A stretch of 64,000 nucleotides of DNA from an uncultured Flavobacteriales bacterium (GTDB lineage Bacteria > Bacteroidota > Bacteroidia > Flavobacteriales > BACL11): NCBI GenBank assembly GCA_905181585.1, contig CAJIYG010000003.1:78702-142701 (forward strand), given 5' to 3'. Position 1 is the first letter of the stretch, and the number at the start of each line of letters is the position of its first letter. The notes beneath the pieces were generated by a model, which was not told where the DNA came from, did no database searches, and saw only the letters and a program-made list of their open reading frames with translations. The position numbers were made by a program, and so were the translations under genes. Positions 10,489-19,207 of this stretch are shown one piece after another.

Positions 10489-11643
10489 ATGCCAAGATAT
10501 CATTCTTTAGGAAAAGTGCCACATAAAAGACATACTGTATTTAAAAAAGAAAATGGAGATATTCATTACGAAGAGTTATTTGGAACAATTGGATTCGATG
10601 GCATGTCTTCTTTATTATATCATCTTCAAAGACCAACCATGGTTAAGTCTATAAAACCAGCATATTCCGTTGCTCCTGAAATTGCAGTTGATAAAAACTT
10701 AAAAGCATATTTAATGAAAGGTTTTGATGTTCCTTCTATTGATGATCATTTAGAAAGTAGAATATCACTAATGTTAAATAATGATTTAAATATTCTTCTT
10801 TCTTCTCCCAAAAATTTAGAGCAAGATTATTTTTATAAAAATACTGATGGTGATGAAGTTATTTTTGTGCATAAAGGTACTGGTGTTTTAAGAAGTTTTG
10901 TAGGTAATTTAAAATTCTCCCCAGGTGATTATTTAGTTATTCCAAGAGGAGTCATATATACAATGAAGTTTGATTCAGAAGACAACAGACTCTTTATTGT
11001 TGAGTCTTATACTCCTGTTTATTCACCAAAAAGATATCGAAATCATTTTGGGCAATTACTTGAAAACTCCCCATATTGTGAGCGTGATATTAGAGTACCT
11101 GAGGATTTAGAAACATATGATGAATCTGGAGATTTTATTATAAAAATTAAAAAAGAGCATATGATACACGAATATACATATGCTTCTCATCCATTTGATG
11201 TTGTAGGATTTGATGGATATAACTACCCTTATGCTTTTTCAATACATGATTTTGAGCCTATTACGGGAAGAATTCATCAGCCGCCCCCTGTTCATCAGAC
11301 ATTTGAGACTTCAAGGTTTGTAATATGTTCATTTTGCCCTAGAATGTATGATTATCATCCAGAATCTATACCTGCTCCATATAGTCATTCAAATATTGAT
11401 TCAGATGAAGTACTATATTATGTTGCTGGAGATTTTATGAGTAGAAATCATGTAGACGAAGGTTATATTTCATTGCATCCTGCTGGAATCCCTCATGGTC
11501 CTCATCCAGGAGCTGCTGAGAGAAGTATTGGTAAGAAATCTACTGATGAATTAGCTGTAATGGTAGATACATTTGCTCCATTAAAATTAACAAAATCTGC
11601 TATTGCACTTTCTGATGGTAAGTACCATAAGTCGTGGGTGTAA
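10489..11643 (+). CDS. hmgA: homogentisate 1,2-dioxygenase
   Basis: 384 aa with the cupin-type HgmA pattern (..GDYLVIPRG.., ..GRIHQPPPVHQTFE.., ..SLHPAGIPHGPHPG..). Confidence 0.9.
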   Translation: MPRYHSLGKVPHKRHTVFKKENGDIHYEELFGTIGFDGMSSLLYHLQRPTMVKSIKPAYSVAPEIAVDKNLKAYLMKGFDVPSIDDHLESRISLMLNNDLNILLSSPKNLEQDYFYKNTDGDEVIFVHKGTGVLRSFVGNLKFSPGDYLVIPRGVIYTMKFDSEDNRLFIVESYTPVYSPKRYRNHFGQLLENSPYCERDIRVPEDLETYDESGDFIIKIKKEHMIHEYTYASHPFDVVGFDGYNYPYAFSIHDFEPITGRIHQPPPVHQTFETSRFVICSFCPRMYDYHPESIPAPYSHSNIDSDEVLYYVAGDFMSRNHVDEGYISLHPAGIPHGPHPGAAERSIGKKSTDELAVMVDTFAPLKLTKSAIALSDGKYHKSWV

Positions 11644-11673
11644 ACCATTAATAAATAGAAAAATAAAATTAAC

Positions 11674-12831
11674 ATGAGTGACATAAAAAATGTTGAATAT
11701 GGAATAGAAAAAATATTTAAAGATGCGAAAGACTTCTTACCTTTATTAGGTACTGATTATATTGAATTTTATGTTGGAAATGCAAAGCAAGCTGCTCATT
11801 TTTATAAAACAGCATTTGGCTTTCAATCTTATGCGTACAAAGGTCTTGAAACAAATAATAAAGATTATGTATCATATGTCTTAACTCAAGACAAAATTAA
11901 AATTGTTTTAACTTCTCCATTAAACTCAAAATCAACAATTAACGATCATATTGTAAAGCATGGTGATGGTGTAAAGATCATTGCACTTTGGGTAGAAGAT
12001 GCTGAAAAATCATGGAAGGAAACCATATCTAGAGGAGCAAAATCTTTTATGAGCCCAACAATAGAAAAAGATGAGCATGGTGAGGTTATTCGCTCTGGGA
12101 TTTATACTTATGGTGAAACAGTTCACTTATTTGTAGAACGTAAAAATTATAATGGGACTTTCCTTCCAGGATATCAAAAATGGGAGTCAGCTTATAATCC
12201 TGAACCAACAGGATTAAAGTTCATTGATCATATGGTTGGAAATGTTGGTTGGAATGAAATGAATACCTGGGTTAAGTTTTATGAAGATGTTATGGGATTT
12301 GTAAACTTTTTATCTTTTGATGACAAACAAATAAACACTGACTATTCTGCTTTAATGAGTAAGGTGATGAGTAATGGTAATGGGCGGATCAAGTTTCCAA
12401 TTAATGAGCCTGCAGAAGGAAAGAAAAAATCACAAATAGAAGAATACTTAGATTTTTACGAAGGTCCTGGAGTTCAACATATAGCCGTTGCTACAGACGA
12501 TATAATTACTACAGTTAGTAAACTGCGTTTGCGAGGAATTGAATTCTTATCTACACCTCCAGATGAATATTATAAAGCAGTGCCTTTTCGACTTGAAAAG
12601 CATGATCATAAACTAAAAGAGGATATTGACACCTTAAAAGGTCTTGGTATATTAATTGATGCTGATGAAGAAGGTTATTTATTACAAATTTTCACAAAGC
12701 CTCTTCAAGATCGGCCAACAGTATTTTTTGAAATTATTCAAAGAGTAGGAGCAAGAGGATTTGGCGCTGGAAATTTTAAGGCTTTATTTGAATCCATTGA
12801 AAGAGAACAAGCAAAAAGAGGAACACTTTAA
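11674..12831 (+). CDS. hppD: 4-hydroxyphenylpyruvate dioxygenase
   Basis: 385 aa with two VOC modules. It contains HIAVATDDI, and its C-terminal FFEIIQRVGARGFGAGNFKALFESIEREQAKRG is the classic HPPD tail. Confidence 0.9.
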   Translation: MSDIKNVEYGIEKIFKDAKDFLPLLGTDYIEFYVGNAKQAAHFYKTAFGFQSYAYKGLETNNKDYVSYVLTQDKIKIVLTSPLNSKSTINDHIVKHGDGVKIIALWVEDAEKSWKETISRGAKSFMSPTIEKDEHGEVIRSGIYTYGETVHLFVERKNYNGTFLPGYQKWESAYNPEPTGLKFIDHMVGNVGWNEMNTWVKFYEDVMGFVNFLSFDDKQINTDYSALMSKVMSNGNGRIKFPINEPAEGKKKSQIEEYLDFYEGPGVQHIAVATDDIITTVSKLRLRGIEFLSTPPDEYYKAVPFRLEKHDHKLKEDIDTLKGLGILIDADEEGYLLQIFTKPLQDRPTVFFEIIQRVGARGFGAGNFKALFESIEREQAKRGTL

Positions 12832-12843
12832 AAATAATAAATT

Positions 12844-13296
12844 ATGTCAAAATTACAAATAGGAGATAAGGCTCCAGCAATTAATGCAATTGACCAAAAT
12901 ACAAATTCAATCAATTTAGAATCATTAAGTGGAAAAAAAGTAGTGCTATATTTTTATCCAAAAGATATGACTCCTGGATGTACTGCTCAGTCTTGTAATT
13001 TGTCTGATAATTATCAGTTGTTACAAGAAAGGGGTTATGAAGTGATAGGAGTCTCATGCGATAGTGTCAAAAGACATCAAAAGTTTATTGAGAAACATAA
13101 CCTTCCATTTAATTTAATTTCTGATGAAGATCAAAAAGTAGTGAATGACTATGGGGTGTGGCAATTAAAAAAATTTATGGGTAGAGAATACATGGGTATC
13201 GTAAGGACTACTTTTATAATTGACGAAAAAGGATTGATATCTGATATTATTTCTAAAGTAAACACTAAAGAACACACAACTCAAATTATAGATTAA
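12844..13296 (+). CDS. bcp: thioredoxin-dependent thiol peroxidase (peroxiredoxin Bcp)
   Basis: 150 aa with the motif YFYPKDMTPGCTAQSC carrying the peroxidatic Cys. Confidence 0.9.
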   Translation: MSKLQIGDKAPAINAIDQNTNSINLESLSGKKVVLYFYPKDMTPGCTAQSCNLSDNYQLLQERGYEVIGVSCDSVKRHQKFIEKHNLPFNLISDEDQKVVNDYGVWQLKKFMGREYMGIVRTTFIIDEKGLISDIISKVNTKEHTTQIID

Positions 13297-13313
13297 GGTT
13301 TCCTTTTTTATTT

Positions 13314-14666
13314 TTAAAAAAGTAATCTAAAAACTTCTTCTATTTTGCCACACTTTTTAATCGAGATATTATGTTTTTTTCCACTGAGTTTATTGTATTT
13401 CGAAATTATGATTTGTTTATAACCTAGCTTTTCAGCTTCTGCAATTCTATCTTCTATTCTTTTTACAGCTCTAATCTCACCTGATAAACCAATCTCTCCA
13501 GCAAAACAAATTAAAGTGTCAAGTTCGATATTATTATCAGAAGATAAAATAGAGCAAACAATTGCTAAGTCAATAGCCGTATCTTCAATTTTTATTCCTC
13601 CAGTAATATTTAAAAACACATCTTTTGATGCAAGTTTAAATCCACACCTTTTCTCTAAGACAGCTAATAGCATATTCATTCTTTTAGTGTCAAATCCTGT
13701 TGCTGATCGCTGAGGTGTCCCATAAACTGCAGAACTTACTAATGATTGGATTTCTACTAAAAGTGGTCGAGCCCCCTCAATCGTAGCTGCAATACTCACC
13801 CCGCTTGTAGCCTCATCTCTCTCAGATATTAGTATTTCTGATGGATTATTTACTTCCCTAAGTCCCAGTTGATTCATTTCATAAACACCTAGTTCTGATG
13901 CAGATCCAAATCTATTTTTAATTGTCCTAAGTATTCTGTAGACGTAATTTCTATCCCCCTCAAACTGAAGAACGGTGTCCACCATATGTTCTAAAATTTT
14001 TGGTCCTGCAATTGCACCATCTTTATTTATATGTCCAATTAGAAAAACAGCTGTGCCAGTTTCTTTAGCAAACTTTATAAGTTCAGATGTACATTCTCTT
14101 ATTTGAGAAACACTTCCAGGGGTAGATTCAATACTATTTGAATGAATTGTTTGAATTGAATCAATTACAACAACATCTGGTTGAACTTTTTCTATTTGAT
14201 TAAAAATATTTTGGGTACTTGTTTCTGTTAAAATGAAGCAATGTTCTGAATTTTTATTAATTCTCTCAGCTCTCATTTTAATTTGTTTTTCACTCTCTTC
14301 ACCAGAAATATATAAAATGGTTTTAGATTTTGAGCTTAATGCAAACTGCAATAGTAATGTTGATTTTCCTATTCCAGGATCTCCACCTAAAAGTATTAAT
14401 GATCCCGGTACAATACCACCACCTAAGACTCTATTTAACTCTTTATCATTAGTAACTATTCTTTTTTCTTCATGATTTTCAATTTCATTTAAAAGTTTTG
14501 GCGTGTTAATTTTATTACTTTTAAATGAAGAAGATTTTTTTTCTTTTGTGATATTTTCTTCAACAAACGAGTTCCACTCATTACAATTTGGACATTTTCC
14601 AAGCCACTTTGGCGATTGTGTTCCACAGTTTTGACAAAAAAATGCGCTTTGTGTTTTTTTAGCCAT
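13314..14666 (-). CDS. radA: DNA repair protein RadA
   Basis: 450 aa with an N-terminal zinc finger (CQNCG..CPNC), Walker A GGDPGIGKSTLLLQ, the KNRFG motif and a Lon-like C-terminal domain. Confidence 0.95.
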   Translation of the reverse strand: MAKKTQSAFFCQNCGTQSPKWLGKCPNCNEWNSFVEENITKEKKSSSFKSNKINTPKLLNEIENHEEKRIVTNDKELNRVLGGGIVPGSLILLGGDPGIGKSTLLLQFALSSKSKTILYISGEESEKQIKMRAERINKNSEHCFILTETSTQNIFNQIEKVQPDVVVIDSIQTIHSNSIESTPGSVSQIRECTSELIKFAKETGTAVFLIGHINKDGAIAGPKILEHMVDTVLQFEGDRNYVYRILRTIKNRFGSASELGVYEMNQLGLREVNNPSEILISERDEATSGVSIAATIEGARPLLVEIQSLVSSAVYGTPQRSATGFDTKRMNMLLAVLEKRCGFKLASKDVFLNITGGIKIEDTAIDLAIVCSILSSDNNIELDTLICFAGEIGLSGEIRAVKRIEDRIAEAEKLGYKQIIISKYNKLSGKKHNISIKKCGKIEEVFRLLF

Positions 14667-15150
14667 TGTAAATTTTTTCTAATATATTAGTTGTTGAAAA
14701 ACCCTCAGATAATGGCAATATAATAACCTCTCCACCATATTGCTCAATATGATTTTTTCCAATAACATCTTCTTTTTTATAATCACCTCCTTTAACTATT
14801 AAATCAGGGTTAATTTTTTTTATGGCATTTAAAGGAGTTAATTCATTGAAGATTAAGACAGCACTTACTTTTTCTAATGATGCAATAATAATTGATCTAG
14901 AATTTTCATCTAAAATTGGTCTTTTTTCCCCTTTTAAATTTTTTATTGAAATATCTGAATTTATAGCAATGATTAGCTTTTCCCCCAAATCAGATGCTTT
15001 AGCTAATAACTCAATATGTCCTAGATGCAGTATATCAAAACATCCATTTGTAAAAACTATTTTATAATTATTTTTTTTCCATTTTTCAACTTTCTCTTCA
15101 AGTTCATCAATCGAAAATATTTTATCTTTTATATTTTTTAAGCTAGTCAT
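14659..15150 (-). CDS. cytidylyltransferase-fold adenylyltransferase (RfaE domain II-like, D-glycero-beta-D-manno-heptose 1-phosphate adenylyltransferase)
   Basis: 163 aa with FTNGCFDILHLGHIELL, the HxGH nucleotidyltransferase motif. Its size fits a stand-alone RfaE domain II. Confidence 0.7.
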   Translation of the reverse strand: MTSLKNIKDKIFSIDELEEKVEKWKKNNYKIVFTNGCFDILHLGHIELLAKASDLGEKLIIAINSDISIKNLKGEKRPILDENSRSIIIASLEKVSAVLIFNELTPLNAIKKINPDLIVKGGDYKKEDVIGKNHIEQYGGEVIILPLSEGFSTTNILEKIYNG

Positions 15151-16099
15151 TTTTTTTTGAAAATAATATTATTATAAATGATAAAAGTCCAAAAACTATT
15201 GTCATTAAGGTTTGTGCTGTATGAACAATAAAAGCAAACATTAGTGCTGCTTGTGCTCCTACCCCAAGAGTAATTAGTCCAATTTTTGCAGCCATGTGAT
15301 AAGAGCCTATACCCCCTTGAGTGGGAACAATCATGCCTAAACCACCAACAACTAGCATATAAAATCCATCTCCAATGTTCAGATGTTTGGTCTCTTCAAT
15401 AGCAAAAAAACAAATGAATGTCATTAATATATACATAAGCCAAATCATAAATGTATGAAACCAAAACATCTGTTTATTTTGAATATTCTTATAGCTAGAA
15501 AGACCTTCCTTAAGACCTTTTAAAATATTTACAATTTTCACATAAAGAGATGAATTTTTAATCTTATCTTTTAGGATATATAAAATAAATGCAAGCAAAA
15601 AAGAAAATACTAAAAAGATAGCAATTAAGAACTTACCATCTTTTATAGAAAAAATATCTTTAAAAAAAATACTGATATTATCAAATTGAAAAATAAAAGT
15701 AATTCCAATCATTAGACAAAGAATTATAAGATCTATAATTCTTTCTAGAATAATCGTGCCAAATAATTTATCAAATGGTGTTTTTTCTACTCTATTAATT
15801 GTTGTACATCTTGTTATTTCTCCTGCTCTTGGAATAATTATATTTGAAACATAGCCAATAGCAACTGCACTTATGCTGTTTTTTAATGAGTTTTTGTAGC
15901 CTAACGCTTTAATCATATATGTCCATCTAATTCCTCTACTTACTATTGCTAAAGCTCCAAAACACATTGAAAAAATTACCCATTTAATTTCAACACTTTT
16001 AAGCCTGTCAATTAATTCCAAGATGTTCTGATCTTTAAAGGCAAAGTACATAAGTGAAAAGCCAATTATCAGAAAGACTATGGGTTTTAATATTTTCAT
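15143..16099 (-). CDS. flippase-like (lysylphosphatidylglycerol synthase TM region / UPF0104) membrane protein
   Basis: 318-aa polytopic ORF. The RGIRW motif after TM2 and the general layout resemble the UPF0104 family. Confidence 0.6.
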   Translation of the reverse strand: MKILKPIVFLIIGFSLMYFAFKDQNILELIDRLKSVEIKWVIFSMCFGALAIVSRGIRWTYMIKALGYKNSLKNSISAVAIGYVSNIIIPRAGEITRCTTINRVEKTPFDKLFGTIILERIIDLIILCLMIGITFIFQFDNISIFFKDIFSIKDGKFLIAIFLVFSFLLAFILYILKDKIKNSSLYVKIVNILKGLKEGLSSYKNIQNKQMFWFHTFMIWLMYILMTFICFFAIEETKHLNIGDGFYMLVVGGLGMIVPTQGGIGSYHMAAKIGLITLGVGAQAALMFAFIVHTAQTLMTIVFGLLSFIIILFSKKND

Positions 16100-16120
16100 T
16101 AATTTTTATTGATTGTAAAT

Positions 16121-16957
16121 TTATAAAATTAAGTTATCAATTAATCTAACACCATTAACATAAGCCGCTATACATATTGCATATTCTTTTTTGGAGTTTA
16201 TATTTCTAGAGATTTTAAATGTATTTGTTTCAATAATTTCAATATAATCAATGGTAATATTATTATTTATTAATTTTTCTTTAGCATTTTTTAAAAGTGC
16301 ATCAATACTGTTTTGTTTAAAGTTCTCTTTAATAATTAATAATTGTTTGTAAATATGTGACGCATTTTCTTTGTTTTCAACACTAAGTAATTTATTTCTA
16401 GAGCTTTTAGCTAGACCGTTTATCTCTCTTATTGTTGGGAGCCCAATTATTCTAGTTTTTATTTTATTTAATTTAACAAGTTCTTTAATAATCATTGTTT
16501 GTTGTAAGTCTTTTAATCCAAAATATGCATAATCAGCCTTTACTATATTTAGAAGTTTATCGACAATTGTTGCTACTCCATTAAAATGATTTGGTCTGTA
16601 AATTCCCTCCAGAACAGACTCTAAACTTTTAAAATTATATTTTTTAGCTTTTTCACCACTTTTATATAAATCAGATTTATTGGGGCTATATAATATGTCA
16701 CAGTTGTTTTTTTTAAGAAGTAAAATATCTTGCTCTATTGTTTTTGGGTATTTTTCAAGGTCTTCTTTGCTGTCAAATTGAGTTGGATTAATAAATATAC
16801 TGCAGATTGTTAATTCACATTTCTTAGTGGATTCTATTATGAGCGAAATATGCCCCTCATGTAAAGCTCCCATTGTAGGTACAAATCCTATTTTTTTATT
16901 TACACCGTTAATTTCTAGGTGAAGCTTTAAATCATTCTGATTGTCAAATATGATCAT
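16121..16957 (-). CDS. panC: pantoate--beta-alanine ligase
   Basis: 278 aa. The segment GFVPTMGALHEGHISLI is the PanC HxGH motif. Confidence 0.9.
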   Translation of the reverse strand: MIIFDNQNDLKLHLEINGVNKKIGFVPTMGALHEGHISLIIESTKKCELTICSIFINPTQFDSKEDLEKYPKTIEQDILLLKKNNCDILYSPNKSDLYKSGEKAKKYNFKSLESVLEGIYRPNHFNGVATIVDKLLNIVKADYAYFGLKDLQQTMIIKELVKLNKIKTRIIGLPTIREINGLAKSSRNKLLSVENKENASHIYKQLLIIKENFKQNSIDALLKNAKEKLINNNITIDYIEIIETNTFKISRNINSKKEYAICIAAYVNGVRLIDNLIL

Positions 16958-17034
16958 GAAGTAATTTATTTTTGTTTAATTTTTTAAGACAAACAAAACT
17001 AAAAGAAATGGCTAATATTCAGCATAATTTTTTA

Positions 17035-17042
17035 TATTTTTG
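17035..17042 (+). promoter_or_regulatory. -7 promoter box TATTTTTG upstream of the glycogen-synthase-like gene
   Basis: Matches TAnnTTTG, 19 nt upstream of the ATG at 17062. Confidence 0.4.
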
Positions 17043-17061
17043 TATACTTAATTAATCAGCT

Positions 17062-17889
17062 ATGGATAAGAAGAGAGTGTTATATGTTTCGCAGGAAATC
17101 TTCCCTTACACCAACGAAACAAAAATGGGGACAATGGGAAGTTCTTTACCTCAAATAACGCAAGAAAGTGGAAAAGATATTAGAATTTTTTTACCAAGAT
17201 TTGGAACAGTAAATGAAAGAAGACATCAGCTTCACGAGGTAATAAGGCTCTCGGGAATGAATCTTATTATTGATGATTTCGACCATCAGCTAATCATAAA
17301 AGTTGCTTCAATACAACAATTAAGAATGCAAGTCTATTTTATTGATAATGAGGAGTTCTTTCCAAGAAGACAATTATTTCATGATTCAGACGGTGCTCTT
17401 TTATCTAATAATGATGAGCGCATGATATTTTATTGTAAAGGAGTGATTGAAACAGTTAGAAAGCTTGGATGGTCTCCTGATGTTATTCATTGTCAGGGGT
17501 GGTTTACATCTCTTGTTCCTATGTACATTAAGAAGTTATATGCCGATGATCCATTATTTGAAAACACTAAAGTCATATATTCAGTTTTTGATAATGGTTA
17601 TGAAGGTATATTAAGTGATACCATAATAGATAAGTTATTGTTTGAAGATTTAGAGATGGAAGATGTAAATGGATTAGTTAATTTGAATATTAATCAACTT
17701 AACAAATTTGCAGCATCTTATGCTGATGGAATAGTTCAGGCGAGTGAAAATATTGATAATGATGTGATTGAGTATGTAAAATCTTTAGATAAGCCTTTTA
17801 TGGAATTTCCTGGTGAAGAAAATTATAAAGATGCTTACCTTGATTTTTATGAAATTTTTACAGCGGAAAAAGAAGAAGTTAACGCCTAA
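17062..17889 (+). CDS. short glycogen/starch synthase-like protein (N-terminal GT5 domain only)
   Basis: 275 aa. VLYVSQEIFPY..., later HCQGWFTSLVPMYIKK, resembles the starch-synthase catalytic N-domain. The C-terminal GT-B half is absent. Confidence 0.7.
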   Translation: MDKKRVLYVSQEIFPYTNETKMGTMGSSLPQITQESGKDIRIFLPRFGTVNERRHQLHEVIRLSGMNLIIDDFDHQLIIKVASIQQLRMQVYFIDNEEFFPRRQLFHDSDGALLSNNDERMIFYCKGVIETVRKLGWSPDVIHCQGWFTSLVPMYIKKLYADDPLFENTKVIYSVFDNGYEGILSDTIIDKLLFEDLEMEDVNGLVNLNINQLNKFAASYADGIVQASENIDNDVIEYVKSLDKPFMEFPGEENYKDAYLDFYEIFTAEKEEVNA

Positions 17890-19142
17890 TGAATATCAAA
17901 TATATTTTATTTTTCATCGCTACTTGCTTGATTCTTTCTTGCTCAGATTCTAATGTAGTTGGTCTTGAGGTTCAGCCTAATTCTGACATAATAGAGATAT
18001 TTAACGCGGAAGTAATGAGCAATCAAGACTCTATAAATCTACCTCCTTATTCTCTGTCGTTAAGTGTATCTTCTGAAGATTCTTTGAGAACTGACGAAAC
18101 ATCATCATTATTGCTTGGTAAAATTTCAAAATCTTATGACCCTTATTTTGGAGATAATGTTGGGGAATTTATAACTCAGATTGCCCTAAGTGAAAATAAT
18201 ATTGATTTAGGAAATAATCCAATTGTTGATTCAGTTATTTTTTCTTATTCATATTCTGGCTATTATGGTGATTTGTCTTCAATTAATGCAATTGCAGTTA
18301 ATTATGTTGATTTAAATATACATAAAGACTCTGTATATTATTCAAATCACCAATTTTCTAATTCATCTAGTGCTTCTGAAGATTTATTATTAGATTTTAT
18401 AATTTCATCTGATACATCTTCTTCTCCAACTTTAAAAATGACTTTAGATAATAGTATTGGTCAGCAAATTTTAGATTTAGGTAATAGTATTCTTTTAGAT
18501 AATGAAACTTTCCAAGAAAACTTTGGTTGCTTTTGGCTTAATGAATCCTCTCTATTAGGTAACTCAATTATTTATTTAAATCCTTCTGGGTCAAATTCAA
18601 ATTTTACCATATATTATCATAATTCAATTAGTGATACTTTGTCTCTTTCATTTGTTGTAGATGGGGATGCGGCAAGAATTAATTTATTTAATGACAAGCC
18701 ACTTGCTAATTTATCCTTAGATCCAAATTTCTCGTACATTCAATCTATGGCTGGTTTTAGAACTAATATTGAAATTGAAAATTTAGATAATTTAAGACTT
18801 GATTTAGCTGGGAAATCTATTAATCACGCATCGCTTAATTTTAATGTTACTGATTTGGATACATATTCTCCTCATGATAAATTATTTTTGGTAAGAGAAA
18901 ACAGTGAAGGATCTAATGTCTTTTTAACTGACTTTACTATTGAGGGGGATTCTCATTTTAGAGGAGTTCTAAATGGGGATTCTTTTGATTTTAATATTTC
19001 TCGATACTTTCATAATCTTATAAATGACACCTCATATTCTAATAAATTAATTCTTATTTCATCGGGGGGTGCTATTAATGCAAATAGAACTATCATATTA
19101 AACAATTCCGTGAAGATGCAATTAATCTATTCTGAGCTTTAA
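17889..19142 (+). CDS. lipoprotein, probably DUF4270 family
   Basis: 417 aa with a lipoprotein signal (..ATCLILSC|SDS). The start overlaps the upstream stop (TAATG). As I recall, the position between the glgA-like gene and glmS is typical of DUF4270 genes in Bacteroidota. The family assignment is unverified. Confidence 0.5.
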   Translation: MNIKYILFFIATCLILSCSDSNVVGLEVQPNSDIIEIFNAEVMSNQDSINLPPYSLSLSVSSEDSLRTDETSSLLLGKISKSYDPYFGDNVGEFITQIALSENNIDLGNNPIVDSVIFSYSYSGYYGDLSSINAIAVNYVDLNIHKDSVYYSNHQFSNSSSASEDLLLDFIISSDTSSSPTLKMTLDNSIGQQILDLGNSILLDNETFQENFGCFWLNESSLLGNSIIYLNPSGSNSNFTIYYHNSISDTLSLSFVVDGDAARINLFNDKPLANLSLDPNFSYIQSMAGFRTNIEIENLDNLRLDLAGKSINHASLNFNVTDLDTYSPHDKLFLVRENSEGSNVFLTDFTIEGDSHFRGVLNGDSFDFNISRYFHNLINDTSYSNKLILISSGGAINANRTIILNNSVKMQLIYSEL

Positions 19143-19207
19143 TTTATTACTAGTATTAATACTTAGATTTTGTTTAATATTATTAAAATAATTTTATAAA
19201 AAAAAAT

